The notes below the pieces were generated by a model. That model was given only the letters and a program-made list of their open reading frames with translations, did not search any database and had not been told where the DNA came from. This document shows, one piece after another, positions 11,400-24,095 of a stretch of 64,000 bases of DNA (positions within the stretch are counted from its first letter, which is position 1; each line of letters starts with the position of its first letter). The translations under genes and the position numbers were made by a program. Source of the DNA: Macrostomum lignano (lineage: Eukaryota); contig NIVC01003956.1 in NCBI GenBank assembly GCA_002269645.1, positions 1 to 64,000 on the forward strand. Direction: 5' to 3'.

Positions 11400-12440
11400 G
11401 TCATTTTGTTCCCCCGTTTGGCCCATTGCCTGTTTTCTCCCGTTTCCCCTGTTGTCCCTTCCGTTGTCCCATCTGTTTGTCTCATTCGGTGCCCCCATCT
11501 TTTGTTTTGTTTTGTTGCGTTAACCCAGCCGCCGGTTTTTTCTCTTTTTCTCCGCCGGGTGACCCACCTGCTGCTGCTCCATCTGGTGCCCCACCCCCTG
11601 GGATTAACTGTGCATATTGTATAAATATCTTGCGTGTTTCACCATTTTTCTTCTCATGCATTGGCGTTTGCGTTTTCGCGTTTTTGTCCAACCCCCCTTT
11701 TTTGCTCTTACGAATTGAATCTTTGCTTATAGTTGGACCATTTGATAATTGATAGTCAACTAGTAATCAGTTGACCTTTAATATTTATTTATATCATACA
11801 ATTCGCCCCTCGGCACCGCCGGATCCCTATCTCTTGCGCGTGGGTTAACAAAAATAATATAGTTTTATAATAGTTATCTGCTGGCTTGTGACGGGTTTGT
11901 TTGAATAATTTAACATGAATAATATCCAGCTTATAATAATAATAATTAAAATTCACTATATATTTATTCATCGTTCATTAATCGAAGCCCATATAGAGTT
12001 AACAAACTATACAAACTATAGTTTCTATTGAGTCATTTGCCCACGGGGCGTGAAACAACCTATTAGTATAATGTCAAAGAAAGCTCTGAGACCTCAACGT
12101 TCCGTAAATACGAAATTACCGTGTGGTGGCAGCGCTACTCTACTATATGATAGTAACCAACTAATAAGCACATCGACGAATCTTGAAATTTACGGTGTCT
12201 GAGGACCCAACTGAACGACCGTGCCTGCTAAAGACCGCTCGACTGCGATTACGACTACGGCCCGCCCCCCGGACTTATGAGAGGACGACCCGACAGACGG
12301 TGTATATACAAGGAGATAAGTACTGCAACGAAACGGTGCTATTTTTCAGGCTTCACGAGTGACGAAATAACGAAGGCGGCAATTCAAAGTTCAAACCGCC
12401 CCAGCAACTAACAAAATTTTATCTTCTTCGCCTCCTCCTC
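11400..12440 (+). mobile_element. Unclassified repeat, copy 1 (homologous to 44490-45300 in inverted orientation)
   Basis: Shared blocks in the same order, e.g. TTTCTATTGAGTCATTTGCCC(A/G)CGGGGCGT, AAAGAAAGCTCTGAGACC(C)TCAACGTTCCGTAAA, GTGGTGGCAGCGCTACT, AAGACCGCTCGACT. Confidence 0.75.
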
Positions 12441-14886
12441 AAATTTACATTACTTTTCCAAAAAGTTATTATAATAAAGTTTAACAAACTCAGCAAAATT
12501 AAATGCACGTTTTTCTGAAAAACTTTATTAATTTACACGTATTGTCATTTTATTGTTTATTGAGTCTTTTTGTAATTTTATGCAAATTACTATAGTTTGT
12601 TTTCGCGTACTATTTTAAGAGTAAAAAAATCTTTATTTTCTGATCCGATTTACTGTCTGGACTGTGACTTCTCTCTATAAGTAGAAACACAAAACGAACC
12701 ATTTTTAGTTGTTGCATTAATAAGTTTCTGGTGTTTTTCTTTCTTTGCTGTCTTGATCTTTAAAAAGAAGCCATTTAAAAAACACCCTACTTGTCTTGTA
12801 TATCGACTCTTTTTCAATTATTGGCCTACCCCTGGCCCTAGCCACAGCTAGTCTAAGCCCTAGGCCCCTAATCTAGAAGTTGAATGATTCGGTTCGGTCG
12901 TGACTAATTTTAGTCAGAAGTTTTGCTGCACTCACTTCAGCTCTGAGCTCTATCTAAACTATTAGACTGCATTATTTATAGCTTTGTTAAAACAACTTTT
13001 AGGCCTATCTAATTTTAAATATTTGCATTTGATATCTTTTAGGCCTATATTCCCATAAAGTCTCTTTTGCCAATTTTGTCCAAATATATAAATAAAAATG
13101 GGTTTAAAAGACATAATTACTTTTGCTTTTGCTACAATTTTGTTTTTGATATATAGCACTGCTGCACAGTCTATTAATGTAAGTATTTCATATTATTTAA
13201 TCTTTATAACTATTTGTAAAAGTTTTTTAACAAATAAATTGCTGGCTAGGCCAGGGCATATTCTTCCATTATAAAATCATTTATTAAGTTTCTATGCATT
13301 TTGGTACCTGTGCTTTTCAGTGCCTAGTAGGCCTATTTAAGTGGGACTTTTTCAAGTTGGACTTTTAAAAAGTGGGACTTTTTTAATTATATTAATAAAA
13401 TACTTCTAATTTTCCAATTTTTTTGAAATTTTCATTAGACACTTAGACTTAGTAGATGCCCAAAATGATAAAAGCAAAAAATCACCCAAAACTGCATTCT
13501 GTGGTGATGCAACTGTCACAATTATTGGCGTAGCGGCTAACTATGGCTATGACCCTTAAAAGGGCCGGTTTGACGAGAGTTGTAGAGAGTCGTAGTCTCA
13601 AAATAAGTTAAAGTCAACTCTTGTAAAGCGGATTTTGTAGCGGAGCACTTGGCGACAAAGGCAGGAACTGCCGTAGTTGTTTTTATTGGTAGTATCAATA
13701 TTAGGCTTGGTTATTACTGTCAATACACAAACTATAGCTTTCTGGGCACTGGCGGCTGCAACAATGGTTTTTGAAGATAAATTGAATGTGAAGTCAAGTG
13801 GCAGACGAATGATGCAATGGTGACGTAACATGACGAGCAATGGAAATGAGCACAGTGAAGGCAGTGAGACGCAGTAGGCAGGCAGATAAGCAGTGGCGAG
13901 GTTGGCGTCAGCCGTGGCGTGAGATAAGGAGGCTCGAGGCAGCCAGACAGAGAGAAGGAAAACAAGGCTAGACAAGGCTGGCCAAACCAGATGGAAAACA
14001 CAAGGCAGAAAACACATAGGCAGTGAGGAGAGAGAGGCACGAGATGGGACAAATGAAGCCCCCAGCCTGCCAGGCGAGGGTTAATAAAGAGTGCAAAAGG
14101 GGGTAGCATAAAACACAGAGTTTTCTTGGTGAGAACTTGAAATTATTGATCGTGCCAAAATTTACAGATGGGCGCAAGGCCTACCAAATACACAGTGAAT
14201 TAGCAATTGATACAAATTATTTGCACGCTACTATAAGTAAACGTTAAAATAAACTATTGGAGAAATTAAAATGAGAAATTGCAAGGGAAACTATAGTCCA
14301 ACAGCCCTTTTGCGGGACCACTTAAACTAGCAACGTCACACAACCTTAGTTTATTAATTGATTATAGTGTCAAAAAGAATTTGAAAAAATGTTGCAATAG
14401 GCCTAAAATTTGTTTCTTCTAAAACAAAAAAATAAGTTAGCTTGTGTTGTAAATATAAAATTAAGAAATCACAAGTAATATTTATCATTTTACAATTATA
14501 ATGTATAGTGAATGCAAATGACTTTATCAAATTTGATATTGAGTTTTGTTATAATGTTAAATAACTGCTTTGTCATAGTTTTCTTTTTTTTAAATTTGCC
14601 ACATCTACAATGCGCAACAATTGTCTCCCGCATGCTGATTTGTTGCTACTTTTGCCATTGTGGTCAACAATAATACCTCTTGCCAAATGGTTTAGTGATG
14701 AAAGTAATTAATCATATTATAGATGTTTGTAATATTCAAGTTTGGATTGATAAAACCAACCTCCATTAAAAATCCCCTACCCAAAAACCCCTTATCCCAT
14801 TCCATGCCCCAATACTTGGTTATTGACCTTTTTGTAAGGATTAGTGACTGGTCCCTCTTTTTCTGAGTTTGCAATTTGTCAACACC

Positions 14887-16326
14887 CCAGGATGGAATTC
14901 TTGCACGAAAATCGCAACGCATTTTTGTGTTCAGGAAAAAATTGCGAAAAATTGTGCAACACAAAAAAAATTGCGCACCTGTACAGGTTGCAAAAAATGC
15001 AAAAAAAAATCCGAATTATTTTGTGACTGTTTGCACAGTTTAAATTACTGACTTTACTGTATTAAATGTAGAATCACTGCAAAATTTTTTTCGTTATTTA
15101 CAAACTGTTCAAATTGTTACAGGGCTCCTGGGTAATCTATTAGAATCTCACTGATGTCACTAAAATCTGTTGTAAGGTGAGATTACTGACTCCTATTCTA
15201 TCAAATTATTACAAGAGACTTAATTGGGGAATAAAGAAAGATGCAAATTCTACTACTGACAGGAGTAAGCCATAGGTTGCTCCGGGGGGGGCGTGAAGTG
15301 TCCGAGCAGCAAGACACAGTTTTTCTATTCAGTCCGGGGGATATAAATGGGGAAATTTAAGGGCTTTGCGGTAGATCAGAGTTGCCTGGGGAATGATCGC
15401 GCAGGGGAATTTCCTAATGGGGAATGCTTTCGCAGAGGGTAATTTGCTTAATAGGAATGGCGCCAAAAGCTGGTAGGACCCTTAATGGTTAGGGGAAATT
15501 CTGGGAATAGTCTTCAGAGAAGTTAGGCAGTATGCCAAGTCAGCAGGGAGGTTAGAGACGGGCTTGAGACTGGGCAATCCGCGGGTCTGGGTGAGAGAGT
15601 TGGCGGAACTCTAGATCAAGCTGGGGACTGGGGAAGGGGGGGGGTTGAAGGGGGAGGGCTGTACACTTCTGACTGAGCAAGCCTGGAGGGAAAGGGAAGG
15701 CTGAATGCCTAAATGAGGAACAGTGAGTCAACCTTTTTTTAGAACAAACTGTTCATACTCTAGACTTAGCACGGAGGCAGACAAGGTTAGTTTTCTTTTG
15801 CTGTATATTTGCGAGTATATATAGTATTTCCACTAAATATGGCGGACAATTTTTAACAAATGTTACGAAAAGAATTATTTAGCAACAAATTTACAATATA
15901 AAACTAACTACTTACTCATGTATATTTACTTCTAATAAGGCTACAAGTAAGAATGATAAAAATAGTGAATTTGCGTCAAAAATGTAAAAACTAATGTATT
16001 GAGGCCACTTGACTACTAGTAAGGCATACAAAAATAAGCATACAAGTATTAATGAGTACATAGAATAATGAGCCTGCCTCAAAATTTAATATTCTCTACT
16101 TAAAAAACAAAGGTATCAGTTAAATATTTATTGTAATGAGTTGTCAAAAAATGCAAGTATGAGACTATCGCAAAACATTATTTTGACAATTGGTAATGCT
16201 AAAAACTGCGCCACTAAATTTTGTTTAAGATTGTAAAAGATTGCATTTGGTTCAATATGGAATTGTGCACCAAAAAAAATTCGCAATTTTCTGTTTTATA
16301 TGTCAGATGCAAGAATTCCATGCTGG
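14887..16326. mobile_element. Non-autonomous TIR DNA transposon with 8-bp TSD (hAT/P-type TSD length)
   Basis: 19-bp TIRs CCAG(G/C)ATGGAATTCTTGCA (1 mismatch). Perfect TSD TCAACACC at 14879-14886 and 16327-16334. No transposase. Confidence 0.85.
15112..15743. mobile_element. GC-richer insertion flanked by a 12-bp direct repeat, nested in the TIR element
   Basis: ACAAACTGTTCA at 15100-15111 and 15744-15755, with a composition shift between them. Class not determined. Confidence 0.45.
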
Positions 16327-16339
16327 TCAACACCTTCTT

Positions 16340-17880
16340 CAATAGGTCTCTAAGTCTCTATTAAAGGTTATATTGATAAAATCAAACCCCTATCAAGGAT
16401 CCAGGTCTGGAATTTATCAACACCATCTTGAATAGGTCTCCATGCCTCTATTCAAGTTTGTTGATAAAATCAATCCCCATGAAGAATCTCCCCACCTTAA
16501 AACCCTATTCCCCATGTCCCAGTGGTTGGTTTGAAGTGCCTACATATAGTTGGGTTAAAGCTACCAAAAAATAAAGCTCAAATTTGAAATCAGCACCATC
16601 AAAAACCCCTTTAGAGACAAAATTATGCTCTTGTTAAAATTGCAACTAATTTATCAGTATAAACTTAAAGAAGTCCCTAGTTACTAATACCAAAATTATA
16701 ATGAAAAAGAAATCCTATAGTATAACAAATATAATAAATACTTTACAAAGGTTCAATATTCCTTTTTATAAAAATAGTATTCATTTTGTTAAACTGGCAT
16801 GTTTCTTAAATTTGAAAAAATCTGGTCAATTTAATTGCATGCATTTGCTATATCTGATATCATTGTATATACAATATTAGCTGGCTGCACTCAGCAAGCA
16901 TGCTATAAAGACTTAGTTAGGTAATGTTGAAATCTATCAAAGATACTATGCTATATATAGTTTTGATCAAAATTATAAACTGTAACAAGTTGGAATTCTT
17001 GAACTTTAGGTAGATAAAATAGCTGCAATTTTGATAGGATCATGATTTTGTCAGTATAGTGCTGATTTCAAATTTAAGCTTCATTTTTAGTAGCTTAAAG
17101 CCACCACCAGGGCATGGGAAATAGGGGTTTTAGGGTGGGGAGAATCTTCATGGAGAATGATTTATGTACCTAAACTTCAATAAAGGCATAGAAGTCTATT
17201 AAGGATTAGGTAGATAAATTTGGAGGCTAAGGAGAGGGGGCAAGTCTTGGGGATTGTGACATTGTGGCGATATGCTAGTGTATTTTTATTATTGCAATAT
17301 TATGCTTTGTGCATTCTTAGTTAGTTAAAGTATTTGCATGCGCGCTAATTGGCTAGTGTGTTTCAGTGCATGTGCACTGCGTCGGGTTGTTTGCGTTTTA
17401 TGTGTGGCTAGCATGGTGGGGTCTAGGCAGTCAGGCCAACCACCCTCTTTAGTCCTAGGGTTGATGAATAAGAATAAACAAGTCATATAAGAGCCCAGTT
17501 GTGTGTACTGGCTCTCCACATTTAACTTTCCTACACATTCACTACAAGCCTTTAGCTTCATATATTACAGGGATAAGGGGGGGAGGCTAACAACCATTAA
17601 CAACAAGGCATGGGGATAGATTTTATGTACCTAAACTTCAATAGAGACATGGGGGTTTATTGAAGATTAGGTAGATAAACTCCAAACTGAAGGGGGAACC
17701 CAAGGGGGGGGGTCTAATGGGGGTTGGCTAATAACCCCCAACCACTGAACCACCAAGGCATGTGGAATGAAGGGTTTTAGAGTGGGGAGAATCTTCATAG
17801 GGATTGATTTTATGTACCTAAACTTTAATAGAGGCATGGGGGTCTATTGTAGATTAGGCAGATAGTTTTGTAAACTGAGA
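16340..17880. repeat. Cluster of a dispersed AT-rich repeat family in both orientations (further pieces near 13330-13500, 14720-14830, 19860-19990, 26900-27070)
   Basis: Recurrent GGGGTTTTAG(G/A)GTGGGGAGAATCTTCAT...TTTATGTACCTAAACTT at about 17125 and 17770 (partial at about 17620); reverse complement at about 16440-16530. Confidence 0.6.
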
Positions 17881-20646
17881 GGGTCCAGAGAGGAATTGTA
17901 ATGAAGCTTAAATAAAAAATTCAGCTAGTTAGGCCTATCAAACACGTCCACCCACTGGGACTCAACTTTGAGATTTTGCAAACTGTCAGTGTAATTTCAG
18001 TCTGATTTTTACACAATTTTCAATGATTTTTGTGGCGGCATTTGACTAAAGTTATTTGATACTCTATATTATTCTACATTATCACAACTTGTTTATTATA
18101 TTTTTGTTCTTACTTATTTTATTCCACTGCAAGTACATACTCATTTTCTCTAGAACACTCTGTCTACCTGTGTGCGCCTAGCCCACCACCCCAAATATTG
18201 TCACCTTCCACCACTCTCTCCTGATCACTATATATAATATCTCGGTGTTGATTTTCGCTCATTGAAATAAAGAATTTATCTCGCCTTGCTCTAAAACTAA
18301 CACTGAACAGAATGAACTTTTCTTAGTCATTTGCGACACAACAAATTTCATAATTGAATCAAAATATGCCCAAATTTTCTCTGACTTTTTGCTTGTTGTT
18401 AGGTTGATGAAATATAGACAAAATTCGGAGTTGTTTTGGCTCAATTTTCCACCGACATTTCCCCGATTTTCACCTAAATTTGTCTGTGAAAAGAGTTCGT
18501 TAAAGTTCGGCACAGTGTTGGGACACAGTATAAGAGACGCCTAGTAGGGGCACAATATGGGCTTTTTGCCATTATTTAGCCACTGGAGCCAGGCCCCTCA
18601 AAGCCCACTGGTCAGCCCACTTTAATTAGTAAGCCCACTGCTTATTCCAGCGCATATTCGAATGGATGACGACGATTAAAAGTAACTCCATTGTGGTATA
18701 TACTGAAGACCTCCATCAGAGCCTCCACCACTAATGTTGCTCGTATAGAACAAAACTATTCTGTAATATGTACTCTGTTATGTACTGTATTATTATTAGT
18801 TAAAAAATATTTTTAAAGAAAGACAGTTGCTGCTACATTAATTTCATTTCATTTACGAAGCAGATTATCATGAGAACTTATATACAGTACTTGTCTTGTA
18901 GCAAAACTTAATTAATTGAGCATCATTTTTCCCAACCACACTAACTGTATGCACACACCAACCGTATGCATTAATATTGGACCTTCAGTGTCGAGTGATA
19001 GTCATGTAGCAGTTGGTCTGACTTGTGCAGATGAATGTTGGTGAAAATTGGACAGACATACATTGTCATATTTATACATATATTAAACACAGTTGATAAT
19101 CATAGTTATATTGGGTGAAAGTCAAAGTAGTCATTACATTTTTTAAGGAAATCGATAAGTTGTCTACTTTTTTGGTCCGACTTTAGTCTTTCAGTCTGAC
19201 AAAAATGGAAGAAAATTGTACAAAGATAAATGTTATCCGATTTTCATACATTCTTGCCTATTTTTGTCTGTCAAAAATCAAGCCAACGGCACCAACTTTC
19301 CAACAAGATGAAAATCGGGTATAAAATGACAAAATTATCCTTTTTGAGTCAGTTTGTTTAAAGTTGAAAGTTAGAGTTGAGTCCTAGTGGGCATGGAGAA
19401 AAATTATAATCCAATCAAACTAATTGATATCAGCAGCTGTAGTTACTTTTAGAAGGGAGAAAACAATGCAGATTAGTAGAAATGAGTATAGGTAAACAAG
19501 TAAAGAAAGTACAGCTAGTCACAACCATGAAAAAACAACAGCAAATCAAAAGCAAGAGGTAAGGGGTGCCAGCAAACTGAGAGTCAATATATTAAAAAAC
19601 ACTAATCTGATTGGCATTCTTGCTGCATTATAACAAACTGAGTGAAAAAAATAGACACTCTTTTTATTAAAGTTAAAGTTCTAACCCTCTAAATGTTCTT
19701 TTAAAACAAATTCGCTAAATTGTAGACAATATTTATGTTCAAAAGTCAAGACTCTAAAAAGTTTAATTTTCAAACATACAAACATACAATTTTCAAAACT
19801 GCTTGCATCAAATTATCACTAAGTACATGGGGATTAAAAAATCAAGCTCCTGTTAACTCTGAAATTATTTTTTGCAGTTTTTTTGCTTTATTATCATTTT
19901 AGACTGGCAGGAGTTTTAGAAAATTAGAAAATAAGAATTATTTTATGTACCTAAAGTTCAAGAGGTCTGACAAGTCTACTCAAGTATTGATGTTTTAATC
20001 ATACAATTATGTTTTTATGTCATAAAACTGCCTAGGAAATGAAGCAAGTAATTATTTAATGAGCTTAAATCTTTTGTAGCATAACTATTAGACCATAATC
20101 TATAAGATTTTACTATAAGCACATTTGGGGCATACATTGAAATTTGACAATGCTAAGACATGGCTAGCAACATAAAACAAAAGTAAATTGAATTGATTCA
20201 TCAAGAGTCCATACAAAGAAAAAATAAATCAAAATAAAATGAAACCATTTTTTAATTTAAAGCACTAGTTCAGTTTAACAAAATGAATAAGAATAATATT
20301 TTAGTTTTCTAAAGTAAATAAGTACTGCAAAAACAAAGCACAAACTGCTAAATAAGGGCTCAATTTTTATTTATTGTGTCCAATTCTAATGTATAATTTA
20401 GGCATCTAAAAGCAAGCTAGGGCACCAAAATGCCAGGCACCAAAAAGAATAGGCACCAAAAGAGTGGATACCATTCATTCTATATCTATAAGTTCTCTTT
20501 CTTCAAAAAAAGAATGACAAAAATAATTGGGTTATTCCTTTTTCAAGATGAAAAATCATTTAGCTTCCCAATCTAGATCCCAAGATAGCCTAGCTTCCTA
20601 ATATAGACCCTAGGATCATCCAGCTTCCCAGTCTAGATCCCAAGAT

Positions 20647-21170
20647 GGGTACACAACAATTGACTGCCACAGTTTGACTGCCACAATTTGACTGCTGAGA
20701 AATTTGACTGCCAGCAAAATGACTGCCAAACAATTTGACTGCTGACAAAATGACACAGATAGAATGATTGCAGAAAAAATGACTGCTGACAATTTGACTG
20801 CCAACAAAATGACTGCAAACAAAATGACAATTTGCTCTTTATGAGTGAAGATGCAAGCCACGTTTGCCTTTCAGCAGCAATACATGCTGAATGTCTGCAA
20901 TCATTTTGCTAGCAATCAAATTGCCACAGTCAAATTGTTGGCAGTCATTCTGTCCATAGTCATTTTGTTGGCAGTCAAATTGTTCGCAGTCATTTTGTCC
21001 GCGGTCATTTTGTAAGCAGTCAAATTGCTCAGCATTCAAATTGTCTGCAGTCAAATTGACCATAGTCAAATTGCTCACAGTCATTTTGTCTGCGGTCATT
21101 TTGTCGGCAGTCAAATTGACCATAGTCAAATTGTGGCAGTCAAATTGTGGCAGTCAATTGTTGTAGACCC
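20647..21170. mobile_element. MITE/foldback with 9-bp TSD (Mutator-like by TSD) built of 15-bp subrepeats
   Basis: Termini GGGT(A/C)(C/T)ACAACAATTGACTGCCACA inverted. Perfect TSD TCCCAAGAT at 20638-20646 and 21171-21179. Arms are arrays of AATTTGACTGC/AAATGACTGC units. Confidence 0.88.
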
Positions 21171-21288
21171 TCCCAAGATCCCTAGATCCAGCTTCTAGCA
21201 TCATCCAGCTTTCCTATTTTATTTCCCAATGTCATTTTCTATTAAGCAGACAGCTAAGCATTGCAAATACCTTGAATTCTCCATATAG

Positions 21289-24095
21289 GATGATGAATTC
21301 GGCCAGGTTTTGCAGTTCACCTTAGAACACGAGCTTGTCAAGGGTAAGTTAATTTACCAGTTTACCTGTTGATTCTTTTATTATGTGTAGTATGCAAGCA
21401 GCTTTGTATGCCGCATTAACAGGAAAATTCACGAAGCGCGGCATTCTGTCAGTGCACTCCTACTCCAGCGAGCATGTTCTATACAGAGACGAGGCTCCAC
21501 TAACTGACGAAGATTTGCTATCTCTAATTGTAAATTTTCCTGCATCATACTACTGCTATAAATTCTCTCTAAGTAGTATAAATGGAGGTTAACTTGATTA
21601 TCTTTGCTTATTGTAGAAACTGGCTGAGGCCAGGGACATCTACCGAGCCAGGGTGCTGTTTAAAGTTGGCAACAAGGCCGAATATGTCTATGGCTTTGTC
21701 TATGCGGTGAGTGGCTGTTAGATATCTGAGTACATAGTTTTTTGCTGGAATGCATCTGCAAACCGTTGTTGCTGGATATTGAAACTCGTGTGGCAAACAA
21801 ATAAAGCAGAGTCTACAGTTTAAAAGTAAGCTAACAGTGTACATCTGCATCTGCACTTCTCACCAGTTTTACTCGGTTTAAACTGCGCCATAAGGCATCG
21901 CTTTGATACTACTGACTAATACTACGTTTTTTTCAAATCCTGTTAATTTTTTTTACTCACAGTGGATGATTGGCCAGCCTCCTAGATCCTCAGGCTGGTC
22001 TGTCACTGAAACCCATGCTTGGGCGCAACCTAGGTATTCACCCGGCCGTTTCTATTGGCAACACACGCATGTAAGTCGCTATTGGACAAAACAGTAGTCA
22101 CGTGACTGCTCTCATCCTATAGCGACTTACATGTGTGTGTTGCCAATAGAAACAGCCGGATGATTCCCAAGGTTGCGCATGTATGCTGACACCCTCCCAG
22201 ATCTTCAAGCTGGTCTGTCACTGCCAGTCTCCCAGATCCTCAGGCTGGTCTGTCACTGCCAGCCTTCCAGATCCTCAGGCTGGTCTGTCACTGCCAGCCT
22301 CCCAGATCCTCAGGCTGGTCTGTCACTGCCAGCCTCCCAGATCCTCAGGCTGGTCTGTCACTGCTAACCTCCCTGATCCTCAAACTGTTCCGCCACTGCT
22401 ATCCTCCCAGATCCTTAGGCTGGTCTGTCACTGCCAGCCTCCCAGATCCTCAGGCTAATCTGTCGCTGCCAGCCTCCCAGATCCTCAGGCTGGTCTGTCA
22501 CTGCCAGCTTCCCAGATCCTCAGGCTGATCTGTCACTGCCAGCCTCCCAGATCCTCAGGCTGGTCCGACACTGCTACCCTCTCAGATCCTCAGGCTGGTC
22601 CGACACTGCTACCCTCTCAGATCCTCAAACTGTTCCGCCACTGCTACCCTCTCAGATCCTCAAACTGTTCTGCCACTGCTACCCTCTCAGATCCTCAAAC
22701 TGGTCCGCCACTGCTACCCTCTCAGATCCTCAAACTGTTCTGCCACTGCTACCCTCTCAGATCCTCAAACTGGTCCGCCACTGCTACCCTCTCAGATCCT
22801 CAAACTGTTCTGCCACTGCTACCCTCTCAGATCCTCAAACTGTTCCGCCACTGCTACCCTCTCAGATCCTCAAACTGTTCCGCCACTGCTACCCTCTCAG
22901 ATCCTCAAACTGTTCCGCCACTGCTACCCTCTCAGATCCTCAAACTGTTCCGCCACTGCTACCCTCTCAGATCCTCAAACTGTTCCGCCACTGCTACCCT
23001 CCCAGATCTTTAGGCTGGTTTACAAATGCCTGACTTACTTGACTTAGCAGCAGGGGACATCATTCAGCGGATGCAGCGAGAAGACTGTGGAGACCGCCCA
23101 TTACTCTAGCCCCTGGCGACCAATGACTCCATCGAAGTGCTCTACCAATGCCACCCTCCCAGATCCTCAGTTGATTCGCCGTGCCCTTAAAACTTCGTAT
23201 CTTCCAGTGAAACACAAAATGTTTCTTAGCAATCTGAAAGCTTCCACAAACTCCGAACCAATCCTCCAGTGCGACCTGCTGCACAGCGGCCTTCGCGACA
23301 ACCTGACGCTTGCATTCAACAGTCACGGCAGTCTGGTTGGCCTCCATCTCAGCCTGACCGACTCATCAAAGGCCGCCTTCGAATCCTGCACGGTGAAGTC
23401 CGGGCACCTGTCGCCCGCGAGTTTGCCGAGGGTCTTCATCTCGCACGCTGCCGCACTGAGGCCTGTCCAGGGACCCGCGTGAGTAGCTGGGCGGCATTGA
23501 TGAGAATAATGGGATCTATATAATTGTAGAGTAGCTAGCTGAAGTGACTGGTAAGACTTAAAGTGACATATTTCTTGATCTGACATACATAAGTTTATGC
23601 CTTCCATTCTAGAAAAAATGCATCACTGTATTTGTACTTATTAAGTAAAGATTACTGCCGCAGTAACTCTGGATGGGGACATTAAACTTAGTTTTCAACG
23701 TTATGGTTTCTTAGAAAAGGGAGGCCCGATGAATGGATGAGGACCAAATAAAAAGCCTGGCTCAGGGCATTACTTCGTGGAATCCGGCAGCCCCCAGAAC
23801 TTTTCTCGCTAGTCACTTCCGCTATCTTGAAGCGGTACATAATATCGAGGTTTTGAAGACTGTAATTAAGAATTTGAAAGCCATTGCACTGCCCTGCCCC
23901 TTCCCTTCCGGCAGCCCGGAGACTCAAATCTACATCGCCAGAGTAGAAGAGGAGAAGAAGCGCAAGCATGAGGCTGAGCAGGGCGACAATCGGCCATTGG
24001 TGATGAAGTACTGGATGTACATCGTGCCGGTGGTGCTGGTGTTTATGGTGATGAGCGCCCAGGATCCCAATGCTCAGGGAGGCGGTGGCAGCTGA
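21289..24095 (+). CDS. EMC10: ER membrane protein complex subunit 10, 5'-partial; exons 21289-21343, 21423-21529, 21617-21706, 23270-23478, 23915-24095
   Basis: GT-AG joins keep the frame: DDEFGQVLQFTLEHELVKGKFTKRGIL...KLAEARDIYRARV...GFVYACDLLHSGLRDNLTL...GPAPETQIYIARVEEE...KYWMYIVPVVLVFMVMS...GGGGS. Matches EMC10 hallmarks (LEH, FxKRG, YR, AC.L, PET, KYWMYI.P, Gly tail). Confidence 0.92.
22023..22178. mobile_element. Small palindromic MITE-like element in an EMC10 intron
   Basis: About 60-bp imperfect inverted arms (GCGCAACC...GTTTCTATTGGCAACACACGCATGTAAGTCGCTAT and its reverse complement). No TSD found. Confidence 0.7.
22195..23015. repeat. 35-bp minisatellite (about 23 copies) in an EMC10 intron, two unit variants
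   Basis: CAGATCCTCAGGCTGGTCTGTCACTGCCAGCCTCC on the left grading to CAGATCCTCAAACTGTTCCGCCACTGCTACCCTCT on the right. Confidence 0.92.

Noticed and set aside
12180-12360. Hammerhead ribozyme in the conserved repeat block (CTGAACGA, CTTATGAG, GAAAC)
   Set aside because: No exact CTGANGA core with closing stems, and not conserved in the second copy.
20616-21129. ORFs with LTAD/QQND-like repeats
   Set aside because: Translations of MITE subrepeats.
22173-23015. CRISPR-like array or coding repeats
   Set aside because: Head-to-tail 35-bp units without unique spacers, inside a eukaryotic intron; no cas genes.
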